Below, in pieces: positions 7,188 through 15,081 of a stretch of 25,375 nt of DNA (position 1 is its first letter; each line of letters opens with the position of its first letter). Under the pieces are notes generated by a model. It ran no database searches and was not told where the DNA came from. It worked only from the letters and a program-made list of their open reading frames with translations. Origin of the DNA: a virus (taxonomy: Duplodnaviria; Caudoviricetes); IMG/VR virus record IMGVR_UViG_3300030330_006026, positions 1 to 25,375 of that record, one strand, 5' to 3'. The translations under genes were made by a program, and so were the position numbers.

Positions 7188-9101
7188 TCAAGCTATCAAA
7201 GCAGGTGTCCAAGGTTCATCTGCGAACGTTTGTTTTGCGTCGCCCCAGTTTGCACCGAACTCAGCATCCACTAAACTCGGTACAGTCAGTGATACGCATG
7301 TTTCCATAATTTCTTTGATGGCCCGCGCATCTTTTTCGCTGCATACAGAAACATCAAGTTCATCATGAACTTGGATCATTGGCAAGTAGCCATTGTCATA
7401 TAAAGCGACCATCGCAGCTTTGGTTTGGTCTGCTGCGCTGCCTTGTATGAGTTTGTTCAGTGCCTTGTACGTGAACGCTCGCCGAATGCTAGGGCCATGC
7501 TCACTGAACGCGTCTTGGTATGTCATTGGCTTGTAAGTGCCATACTTACTTGGCTCCCACTTGTCAAAACGGCAGCGTCGGCCCAGCAGTGTGCGGATCA
7601 CGCCTTTGGTAGCTGCGCGCTTGCTGGCGTACTCGCTGAGTTGATTGACAAAGGGCACTTTGTCGTGGTACTCCGTAAACAGCTTTTTACCTTCTTCCAT
7701 CTCTAAGCCCAGACTAGTAGCTAGCTTACGAGTGCCCATGCCGTAGAACAAACCGAGGTTAATGTCCTTAGCTTGTTTACGCGGCACGCCTACGATGTCT
7801 GCGGCCATTTGGTGAAAGTCAGTGTGCACATCGCGGTTGTACTCATCAGCGAACGCTTGTGCGCCCCTGAACTCTAACAGGCTTGCGTAGTGCACAACTA
7901 GCCGTGGCTCTTGGCTGCTGTAGTCAAAAGCACCCCACAACGCATCCCGCTCAGGTAAGAACAAACTGCGGATCATAGGGCCAATCTGTGCATTACGTGC
8001 GGGCATTTGCTGTAAGTTCGGGCTGCTGTAGCTGAACCGGCCTGTGATTGTACCTGCATCATCACTGCGTAACTGGTGTAGCTCTGCGTGGATGCGGCCA
8101 TTGTGGCTGTGCTTTAATATCGTATCAACGAATGTAGTACGAGCCTTATTCAGCTCGCGCGTTTCTACGATCAGTTTTGGTACTGTATGAGTATGGTTTT
8201 TCAGCCAAAACTTCGTAAAGCTCGGCGCATCTGTTTTTTCAGTGCGGGGGTAGGGTAAGTCAATCGCATCAAAGGCGTCAGCTATACTGGCGGCTGCCCA
8301 GATCTCTACATGCTTACCTGTTTCCTTGTGTAGCTGAGCGAGTAACTGCTGCTCTTGCTGGTGAAAGTAACCCTTGAGATACTCTGCCCGGTCAAGGTCA
8401 ATGCGCACACCTTGCTGCCGCATGGGGATAACAGTAGCTAGTACCTTGTGCTCAAGGTCTACAACGTCAGCTATGTCCTCCTGCACAATAAGCGATTGGA
8501 AGTAGTTCCACAGGCGCAGTGTCAATGCTGCATCTTGCTCAGCGTATGCGCCAACAAAACTGGCTGGCAGTTTGAACATCTCGCTTTTGGCATCAACGCC
8601 AAACTCAGCGGCAGCTTCGCGTAGGTCTTTCTCAGACTTGATGTCTGCTAGGTAATCACGGCTGAGATTGTTCAGCGAGTAACTGAACCTGTTTTCATCA
8701 AGCAGCGGTGCCACTACCATCGTATCACGTATTTGGCCACGCACCTTCACGCTTTCAGCAAGTAGCCAGCCCACATCGTATTGTGCGTTGTGGAAGATGA
8801 GCTGTTTGGCAGGGTCGCCAGTTATACTTGCCACCCAGCGTAATGTGCGGCGCGGATCAAGGTTTGGACCGATCTCATGCCGGATGGGGAAGTACCACTG
8901 ATTATCAGCTACCGCCACCGCAATACCGATGATAAAGCCGTCTTGTCGTGCCCAGCCGCTACCTAACTCACGCAGGTTTGGGTCACGTGTTTCAAGGTCA
9001 ATAGCTACAGTATCGTAAGCACGTAAGTCAGGATACTCGGTGGGTGCTACCCACTCTGTTTTTGGCGCGAAGAATGTCATTTGCCCTGGGCTTTTATTCA
9101 T
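7188..9101 (-). CDS. polA: Family A DNA polymerase (3'-5' exonuclease + polymerase), Leu762 type
   Basis: Exo motifs 'DLET', 'HNAQYD', 'YAEQD'; 'TGRFSYSSPNLQQ'; motif A 'DYSSQEPR'; motif B 'RKQAKDINLGLFYG'; motif C 'VHDEL'. Confidence 0.97.
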   Translation of the reverse strand: MNKSPGQMTFFAPKTEWVAPTEYPDLRAYDTVAIDLETRDPNLRELGSGWARQDGFIIGIAVAVADNQWYFPIRHEIGPNLDPRRTLRWVASITGDPAKQLIFHNAQYDVGWLLAESVKVRGQIRDTMVVAPLLDENRFSYSLNNLSRDYLADIKSEKDLREAAAEFGVDAKSEMFKLPASFVGAYAEQDAALTLRLWNYFQSLIVQEDIADVVDLEHKVLATVIPMRQQGVRIDLDRAEYLKGYFHQQEQQLLAQLHKETGKHVEIWAAASIADAFDAIDLPYPRTEKTDAPSFTKFWLKNHTHTVPKLIVETRELNKARTTFVDTILKHSHNGRIHAELHQLRSDDAGTITGRFSYSSPNLQQMPARNAQIGPMIRSLFLPERDALWGAFDYSSQEPRLVVHYASLLEFRGAQAFADEYNRDVHTDFHQMAADIVGVPRKQAKDINLGLFYGMGTRKLATSLGLEMEEGKKLFTEYHDKVPFVNQLSEYASKRAATKGVIRTLLGRRCRFDKWEPSKYGTYKPMTYQDAFSEHGPSIRRAFTYKALNKLIQGSAADQTKAAMVALYDNGYLPMIQVHDELDVSVCSEKDARAIKEIMETCVSLTVPSLVDAEFGANWGDAKQTFADEPWTPALIA

Positions 9102-9276
9102 ACTTACGCACCCTCATCAATTTACGGCAGGAGCACCTTGGCCATTTGTTTTTCAGCACACGAGCAACAATCAGCCTTTGTTCTTTGCAAACAGAACACA
9201 CAGCTAACAAAGGTGTTTCCAAGCTATTACGCTCAGGTATCTTCGTTTGGGTCAATAGGCTCTTTGTTAATTTCAT
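9094..9276 (-). CDS. Possible small Cys-containing protein
   Basis: CSVC...CSC motifs. It fills the gap before polA and its stop overlaps the polA start. The start is uncertain because it overlaps the upstream gene by 44 nt. Confidence 0.4.
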   Translation of the reverse strand: MKLTKSLLTQTKIPERNSLETPLLAVCSVCKEQRLIVARVLKNKWPRCSCRKLMRVRKYE

Positions 9277-9586
9277 GGTTGTCCACTTGGCCGTTAAGCT
9301 GGCACCAGGCCTCTACCAAAAACAGGTATCGGCGTAGGTCGCGTATATCATCAATGATGCCTTCCTGCCGCTGGTCTTGGGCTACAGCTTTGAACACATC
9401 ATAACCGTGCTGCTCAACTTGTAGCTCTAGCCTATCCCACTTGCGGGCCAGCATCATGTATGCGCCAACACCGCCACGCTTACGCCAGCTATCACCATAG
9501 CTAGCTTCTGCACGGTGCAAACTCTGTGTATCTTCCTGGGCAAGTTGTAGAACCTCAAGCGTGGTATCACTAAGCACTCTTTTCAT
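9233..9586 (-). CDS. Nucleotide-modification-associated (Nmad1/DUF1599-like) all-alpha NTP pyrophosphatase, MazG-like
   Basis: 'SYGDSW..RG..G.....RKWDRLE...IIDDIRDL..Y' fits the YG-x-SW / K-x-x-R / D-x-x-x-D-L-x-x-Y pattern; it sits in the modification operon. Confidence 0.65.
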   Translation of the reverse strand: MKRVLSDTTLEVLQLAQEDTQSLHRAEASYGDSWRKRGGVGAYMMLARKWDRLELQVEQHGYDVFKAVAQDQRQEGIIDDIRDLRRYLFLVEAWCQLNGQVDNHEINKEPIDPNEDT

Positions 9587-10226
9587 TTGCGTCCACCCAA
9601 TAACTGTTGCAATCCTCGGCTTTTACAAAAGTGTAGCCCGCTTGTTCCAACGCTGCATATTTTTGTAGTCGCACTTCGTTTTGCCTTTCTTCAAAGGCTT
9701 TAGTGCCTTTGCCCCTTGGAGCCACAAAATCTTCTGTGATGATTTCTACAGGGCGCACAGCAAAATCATAACCACACAAAATGTTTGCGTCGTTGCCCTC
9801 TGTGTCGATTTTGAGAATGTCAATGCGGGTAACTTCATTTTCGGCAAACAGTGTGTTCAAAGTTTTGATGTCCACCGTTTGATACTCATCTGTTAAGTGC
9901 TGTGCGATATAGTATTCCTCTGCAACAAGAGAAGAACGCATGCATTTTTCTTTTTGTGCAGGCGACCTACGATCAAAAAACCCATATTTGCCCATGTACA
10001 ATCGGCCTACTTTGTCCTCTGTGTCAATGGCACACCGAACATATTTGTAGTCAGTGCCTTGCAGGCTTTTGTGAATCTCATCTTGCATGTGCATGTTTGG
10101 CTCAACCATCAAGCCAAACCATTGCTCTTTTTTGCGGTGCAACAGCTTGTGCGCTAGCGATTGTGTGCGCGCGTTGAAGCAGCCAATATCAACTATTACT
10201 TTTTTGTTTTGCTCCGGCACAGCCAA
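9570..10226 (-). CDS. FkbM-family SAM-dependent methyltransferase
   Basis: 'VIVDIGC', 'VEPN', 'CAI', 'TLNTLF', 'IDILKIDTEGND..IL.G'. Confidence 0.85.
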   Translation of the reverse strand: MAVPEQNKKVIVDIGCFNARTQSLAHKLLHRKKEQWFGLMVEPNMHMQDEIHKSLQGTDYKYVRCAIDTEDKVGRLYMGKYGFFDRRSPAQKEKCMRSSLVAEEYYIAQHLTDEYQTVDIKTLNTLFAENEVTRIDILKIDTEGNDANILCGYDFAVRPVEIITEDFVAPRGKGTKAFEERQNEVRLQKYAALEQAGYTFVKAEDCNSYWVDANEKSA

Positions 10227-11295
10227 ACTCCTCCTCTGGTGCTAACACCTTAAACCCTGCTTTTGTGACTCTGCGGTTAAGCCACTCGTGACATGCACGC
10301 CGCCAATCAGGCGCTTCAATCGTTTGCACGATGTCTTGCGCGTGGAGTATGTACGGCACCTCTTCTGAAAGTTTGTACCGCTTCCACTCAAGGTATGCTT
10401 CTGCAACGGGCACGGCTACGTCACGGAAAAAACTGTTTTTAGTCGTGCGTAGTTGATCTGGTAGCGTGCTTGAGTGCACATAATTTTGGCCTGTGTACTC
10501 AATAAACATTTGTAGGTCGCTATCAAACTTTTCAGTGTCGTGCACCAAATCTGCTAGGGGATACAGCCCATCGGTCGGGGGCAAAAGGTAAGGGTCGTAG
10601 TCAGGCTGCATACCATCTAGCTTACCAAGTGTTTCAAGGTAAGCATGAAAGTTATTGCTGAACTGTGTGTAGGTGCCGACTTTGCAGCCCACATGCGCCG
10701 CAACGTACTCTTGCAGGTAACTCATATGCACTGCATTCGCACCCAGCGCACCCCAAATCATATCATTACTGCGGTTGCACACTGTCATGTGGAGCCGCTC
10801 TAGGCTGTCAATGCGGAAGTAGATGTGCGTGTTGCATGGCAGATCGACGTTTTTGTTACTGCGCACTAAATCATCACGCGGATCCCACATACCTAGCACT
10901 GCCCTGCGATCGTTTGGGTAGCAGCTCAGCCGGTGAATCACTGTTTCAAGCTGGTCGTCAAAAAAGTGTTTGCGCCAACGATAGCCATACGCACCGTGGA
11001 AAGTTTTGCCGTTATCGCTGTACACAGACATGCGGTTGTTGAACCGTTGTATCCATTCAACATCGTTGCGGCCAGCTAGCATCCACATACTTTCCAGCAA
11101 GTGGAAGAATGGGTTTGCGTCACGCTCAGGGTAAAACAGCACCCGCTCACGGGGCAGTTCGTAGGTGATTGCTATTGGGTAGGGGAACTCCAGCGCAGGG
11201 CCATTGCGTGTATCTTGCTGCACGCCATGCTCCCGTATTGCCTGGTTGACCACATACAATGCCTCGCTGACATTGCGCACATTAAAAGCTCGCAT
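10189..11295 (-). CDS. Thymidylate-synthase-fold dUMP hydroxymethylase (5hmU synthesis)
   Basis: 'TRNG', 'RDANPFF', 'GAYGYRWR', 'DRRAV', catalytic 'DLPCN', and 'NRSNDMIWGALGANAVH' with Asn at the dUMP/dCMP discriminator. Start reassigned to MRAFNV after GAGGAGG. Confidence 0.85.
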   Translation of the reverse strand: MRAFNVRNVSEALYVVNQAIREHGVQQDTRNGPALEFPYPIAITYELPRERVLFYPERDANPFFHLLESMWMLAGRNDVEWIQRFNNRMSVYSDNGKTFHGAYGYRWRKHFFDDQLETVIHRLSCYPNDRRAVLGMWDPRDDLVRSNKNVDLPCNTHIYFRIDSLERLHMTVCNRSNDMIWGALGANAVHMSYLQEYVAAHVGCKVGTYTQFSNNFHAYLETLGKLDGMQPDYDPYLLPPTDGLYPLADLVHDTEKFDSDLQMFIEYTGQNYVHSSTLPDQLRTTKNSFFRDVAVPVAEAYLEWKRYKLSEEVPYILHAQDIVQTIEAPDWRRACHEWLNRRVTKAGFKVLAPEEEFGCAGAKQKSNS

Positions 11296-12319
11296 GCTTT
11301 TGCCTCCTCGCTGGTTCAAGCTCTTCCATAGCTTGTATCAGGGCGCTGTCCAAACCTTCGCGCTCTTTAATAGCGTTTTGCACCCACATACTCTTTTGCT
11401 GTGCTTGCCACTCCTCTGGCACAGGCATACCTGCTCGTTGTATGCCTTCCAAAGATGTAACTGTCCACTCTGCCGGCACCACGTAACCAGCTTGTGTGAG
11501 TGTATGCACAGCCGCTTCGTCCACGTACATAAACAGGCCCACACTCAACGCTTCGTAAAAGCGGTTTGCAGGACTGGTGTAAACGTAGTGGCTTGTTTCA
11601 TCTTCCAGGTACACCGTTGCACCATAAGCAGCTAACTCACCCAGGTCTTTGAACGGTTTGCAAAAGCTCACATGGTCAGGTGTGTATGGTCTCTGTGGGT
11701 GTGTAAGCACACAGTCACCTGCGGCCTCAAGGAACTTGCGCTGCACTTTGCCGGCGCAGCTTATAACCACCGGCCCACGTTTAACGCTGTCGCCGCCCAG
11801 CAGCAGCCTTCTGAAAGCGCCTAACCTACCGGGCCGGCATGCCCCCCAATAAAACAACACCGCCGGTTGTGCCCCCCTTAAAAGGGCTTTAGGCACAGCT
11901 TCGTTAAATGTAAGGGCGTTCCAATTTATATACCTGTCCCCAGGCTTACAGCAGTAGTCAGGCACCGTGCTCCACAGGTAGATGTCGCCCGTGGTAAAGG
12001 GGAAGTCGTGGCTCCAGCCACGTTCGTCCCGCACTACCTTTTGCACTTGGCTGATTGGGTGAACGTTATAATCGTTCTGCACATATATCAGTTTGTCACA
12101 ACCCCGCGCTTGTTGGGCTAGCTCAAGCCGCAACTCTGGCGGAGCAAACGCACCCATGCTGTTTACATAGATGATGTTTTTGTACTGCTTCTGCCATAGA
12201 CCAGGTTGATCTACCAAGGGCAGGTCAAACATGGTGGCAATGTATTTGGCGATGCGCGCGCTGGCGATAGTAGTCTGCGCAGCGCACTTCGTCAGGTGCA
12301 CTACTACAGTATCAGCCAT
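11282..12319 (-). CDS. GT-B glycosyltransferase resembling T4 DNA beta-glucosyltransferase
   Basis: Colinear matches to T4 BGT as recalled: YKNIIYVNS~YDRLIVVNS; KLIYVQND~KIYYLFTD (catalytic Asp); YWGACRPGR~YGGSFRSGQR; NRFYEALS...YVDE~LRVWETMA...LIDE. Length is similar (about 345 aa). Confidence 0.7.
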   Translation of the reverse strand: MADTVVVHLTKCAAQTTIASARIAKYIATMFDLPLVDQPGLWQKQYKNIIYVNSMGAFAPPELRLELAQQARGCDKLIYVQNDYNVHPISQVQKVVRDERGWSHDFPFTTGDIYLWSTVPDYCCKPGDRYINWNALTFNEAVPKALLRGAQPAVLFYWGACRPGRLGAFRRLLLGGDSVKRGPVVISCAGKVQRKFLEAAGDCVLTHPQRPYTPDHVSFCKPFKDLGELAAYGATVYLEDETSHYVYTSPANRFYEALSVGLFMYVDEAAVHTLTQAGYVVPAEWTVTSLEGIQRAGMPVPEEWQAQQKSMWVQNAIKEREGLDSALIQAMEELEPARRQKHASF

Positions 12320-13247
12320 TGTATTCCCACGCCCCCTCGCCACGGTTGACGGTGCCTTCTTCTACAGGCCAGCTCAGCCCCCACATATAATCAACCTTAC
12401 TACGGGGCCTGCCTTGGTCTTGGTATACACGCATCCACTTATCCCACTCACACAGGCTATGCTCAATGCAGCGCATGTCAACTTCGTTCATTGGGATGTG
12501 TGCACCTAAGTGCTGTGGAGCGTACTCGTCAAGCAGATCACGCATCTCATCATTCCAGTTTATGCCACTGGCGTTGAGTGGGCGGTTGCTCAAACGGTTC
12601 AGGCCACGCTTTGCTCCTGGGCCGGCGTTTGCCCAACGGAGTACATCAAGCGCCAGCGACAACACAGGCATATGGTTGAGGTCTGTCACAACCTCGTAAG
12701 CCATAAAGCCACCGCCACCCCAGCCACGATACTTACTCAGCTCGTTGTGGAACACTTGCAGGTATGGGTCGCTATGGGCAAGGTCTGCCAAATCTTCCTT
12801 AGCTTCCCAAATGGGCGCAAGGAAGTGGTCAACAACTACTTCTTCTTTTGGTAAGTTTAGTCCTTGGTTCGTTATGATGTATGCCCCTGTGAACACTTTT
12901 TGCTTTTTGTCTAAACGTTCACGGGCAACACTTTTCAAAAGCCCTGGGTTCCACTCCTCTTGCCAGCCCACTGAGGCAGCATATTCAGGCGTACCAAACA
13001 TGCGGAATAAGCAGGTGTTGAAAATTTGTAGGCCCCAGGACTTATTATTGTTCGGCTGCGTCCAGTGGCGGCGCATCCATATAGTTACCCTATCGTTTTC
13101 GCGGAACGGGTTTGTGAACTTGTACGCGCGCATAATCTCATCGTCAGTCCAAGGTGCTGGCTGACCAGCTAACCTTTTGAGATAGATGTTATGGCGCTCG
13201 TTGATCCAGTAGAAAAATAATTCTACGTTCTCCTGGTCAAACTGCAT
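12312..13247 (-). CDS. 5-hmdU DNA kinase, helical domain (aGPT-Pplase clade 1; HhH-glycosylase-like fold)
   Basis: 'WINERHNIYLKR..G.P.PWTDDEIM..YKFTNPFRENDRVT', 'FTGAYII', 'GGFMAYEVVTDL', 'GPGAKRGL', 'IEHSLCEWDK'. Confidence 0.85.
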   Translation of the reverse strand: MQFDQENVELFFYWINERHNIYLKRLAGQPAPWTDDEIMRAYKFTNPFRENDRVTIWMRRHWTQPNNNKSWGLQIFNTCLFRMFGTPEYAASVGWQEEWNPGLLKSVARERLDKKQKVFTGAYIITNQGLNLPKEEVVVDHFLAPIWEAKEDLADLAHSDPYLQVFHNELSKYRGWGGGGFMAYEVVTDLNHMPVLSLALDVLRWANAGPGAKRGLNRLSNRPLNASGINWNDEMRDLLDEYAPQHLGAHIPMNEVDMRCIEHSLCEWDKWMRVYQDQGRPRSKVDYMWGLSWPVEEGTVNRGEGAWEYNG

Positions 13248-13250
13248 GTT

Positions 13251-13571
13251 TTACTCCTGTGGTGGCATTTCCAAACGGATGACACCTTTTTTCACCGCTA
13301 ACCAAATATCAGCAGACGAGCCCGCACTAGGTAACTCAGCAAGGCGATCAAGTGCCTCGCCTACGGTGCGGCTCTGCATTACCACCAACATATTCCGTGC
13401 GCGCTTGGTTTCTTTGCGAACGCCTTGCGGCTCATCGGCAATATTAATGATCAGCTGATTTTTGTTGATGCGTGGTTTTTTTGGCGCTGCTTTTTTCGGT
13501 TCGGCAGCGGGCGCAGCGTCAAGCTGCTCTTCAATGCTCGTAGCGTAAGGTACTGTTTCTTCGGTGCTCAT
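13251..13571 (-). CDS. Small basic protein with K/P/A-rich linker, possible DNA-binding accessory of the modification operon
   Basis: Start MSTEET follows GGAG. C-terminal compact domain '...TVGEAL...ADIWLAVKKGVIRL'; ends 3 nt before the kinase start. Confidence 0.65.
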   Translation of the reverse strand: MSTEETVPYATSIEEQLDAAPAAEPKKAAPKKPRINKNQLIINIADEPQGVRKETKRARNMLVVMQSRTVGEALDRLAELPSAGSSADIWLAVKKGVIRLEMPPQE

Positions 13572-13644
13572 CGGTAACTCCAAAAGTTCAGAGGATGTTC
13601 TTTTATGGTTTAAGAACATCCTCCAAACAAGTGTTGTTTTGTCG

Positions 13645-14658
13645 TTAAGCAGCCTTAGCCATATCTACTGCTAGGCTCAGGGCCTTGCGTTTTGTGCTGG
13701 CAGCACTGCCGAGCCATGCGCTGTACAATCCGTTGCCAGCTTGGCGGCTTTGCTTCTGGTGGTCAAGCACATATGTCACACCGTTCAGTGCACCCCACCA
13801 CGTACCCTTGGCTGATTGCAGGTCAGCACCAGGGCTAGTTTCAATGGCCTCACGCACGGCCAGGGCAGTACGCTTGAACTCATCGCGGGTGAACGGCACC
13901 TCATCATTGCTGACCAGCAGGTTGGGCTGGAACAACTGTGCAACGTAGCGGTCAACAAGGTCATCCTTGGCAGCAGTAGTAGCAAGGAAGTCGACCTTTT
14001 CCTGGAAGTCTTGCAGCCCTGCATTGCTCAGGCCCAAGGCTTCCTCAGCAGCCGCCTGTACTTGCTCATCAAACATTTGGATGTGCAGTACGCGGAACCT
14101 GCTACCACCCTGACCAAGCGCAAGCGTCAAAGTGTTGTTACAAACAACCCGGATAGGCGTAAGCATAATGGTCATAGCCTTACCTACCTGATGGCTGTTG
14201 TTCAGCAACAAGTAACCACCAATTTGGTCCTCACTGCCGTTTACCCGAAAGTCACTGTTTAGCTTGGCCAAGCACCAAATATCCTTGCCCTCACGTAAGC
14301 TGCCCGCTGTCTCCATGGACATATTGCCGGCATCAGTGAACTTTTTGAAGAACTGCATTACCTCATCGTTCTGAAAAGGTATGTAATCATTGCCGCACAC
14401 ACTCAGCCGGGTGTTGTCACTGTCACGCATAAGTACGTGGTCATCAGGCAAGTGTGTGAAGCTAGTTTCTTGGGTAGGGTCAAGCAAGTTCCAAACGTTT
14501 GGTGCGCTTGGCGTATATAATGGCCGCTTGCTAACGGTCCAGTTGAGCTGTGCTGCGATGAGCATCTCCTCGGGTGTCATATCGTGCTCGACTTTGGTCC
14601 CGAGTCCGTGCCAGGGCGTCTTCCCGGCGTAAGCCATTGTCTCTACCATGTGTGCCAT
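13645..14658 (-). CDS. DUF932 / TIGR03299-like phage-plasmid protein
   Basis: 'MAHMVETMAY...PWHGLG', 'ETAGSLREG', 'YLLLNNSH', 'TPIRVVCNNTL', 'GTWWGALNGVT'. Confidence 0.9.
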   Translation of the reverse strand: MAHMVETMAYAGKTPWHGLGTKVEHDMTPEEMLIAAQLNWTVSKRPLYTPSAPNVWNLLDPTQETSFTHLPDDHVLMRDSDNTRLSVCGNDYIPFQNDEVMQFFKKFTDAGNMSMETAGSLREGKDIWCLAKLNSDFRVNGSEDQIGGYLLLNNSHQVGKAMTIMLTPIRVVCNNTLTLALGQGGSRFRVLHIQMFDEQVQAAAEEALGLSNAGLQDFQEKVDFLATTAAKDDLVDRYVAQLFQPNLLVSNDEVPFTRDEFKRTALAVREAIETSPGADLQSAKGTWWGALNGVTYVLDHQKQSRQAGNGLYSAWLGSAASTKRKALSLAVDMAKAA

Positions 14659-14678
14659 TTTGTTTCTCCATAAAGCAC

Positions 14679-14999
14679 TTAGTGTGTAGTAACCGAGTCA
14701 TCAAACCAACTGTCATCCACGGGGTGCATGGCCGTCGGTAAATCTGCAAACTCGTCGTGAGAAAGTGGTAGCACTGCCGTTTGGCCGGAAGTGCTGATCA
14801 TGAAGGTAACCATTACGCATTGCGCAATAGTGTCTTCATTGTATTTGTAAACAGGATACCAGGCCTCTGGCAGTGCCTCAACACTGCGCAGTTCCCAGTG
14901 GTCCCAGCCGTTGTCTCTGGCCTGTAAGTTCAAGGTACGCAATATGCCTTTAGTGGCATATGTAACCTCAATCTCTGAAGGCCCTGCTTCACTGTGCAT
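14679..14999 (-). CDS. Hypothetical protein
   Basis: Start MHSEAG follows CGGAGG. Confidence 0.6.
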   Translation of the reverse strand: MHSEAGPSEIEVTYATKGILRTLNLQARDNGWDHWELRSVEALPEAWYPVYKYNEDTIAQCVMVTFMISTSGQTAVLPLSHDEFADLPTAMHPVDDSWFDDSVTTH

Positions 15000-15081
15000 G
15001 TAACAATCCTCCGTAATAGTTACAAACACACAGTAGCAAGCATGACCAAAGAACAAACTGGTTTTTACTCAATCCGACAAA

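Noticed and set aside
10189-11295. Ordinary thyA or T4-like dCMP hydroxymethylase
   Set aside because: The discriminator residue is Asn, not Asp, arguing against dCMP. The divergent motifs and the adjacent hmU kinase argue against plain ThyA. Not excluded without an assay.
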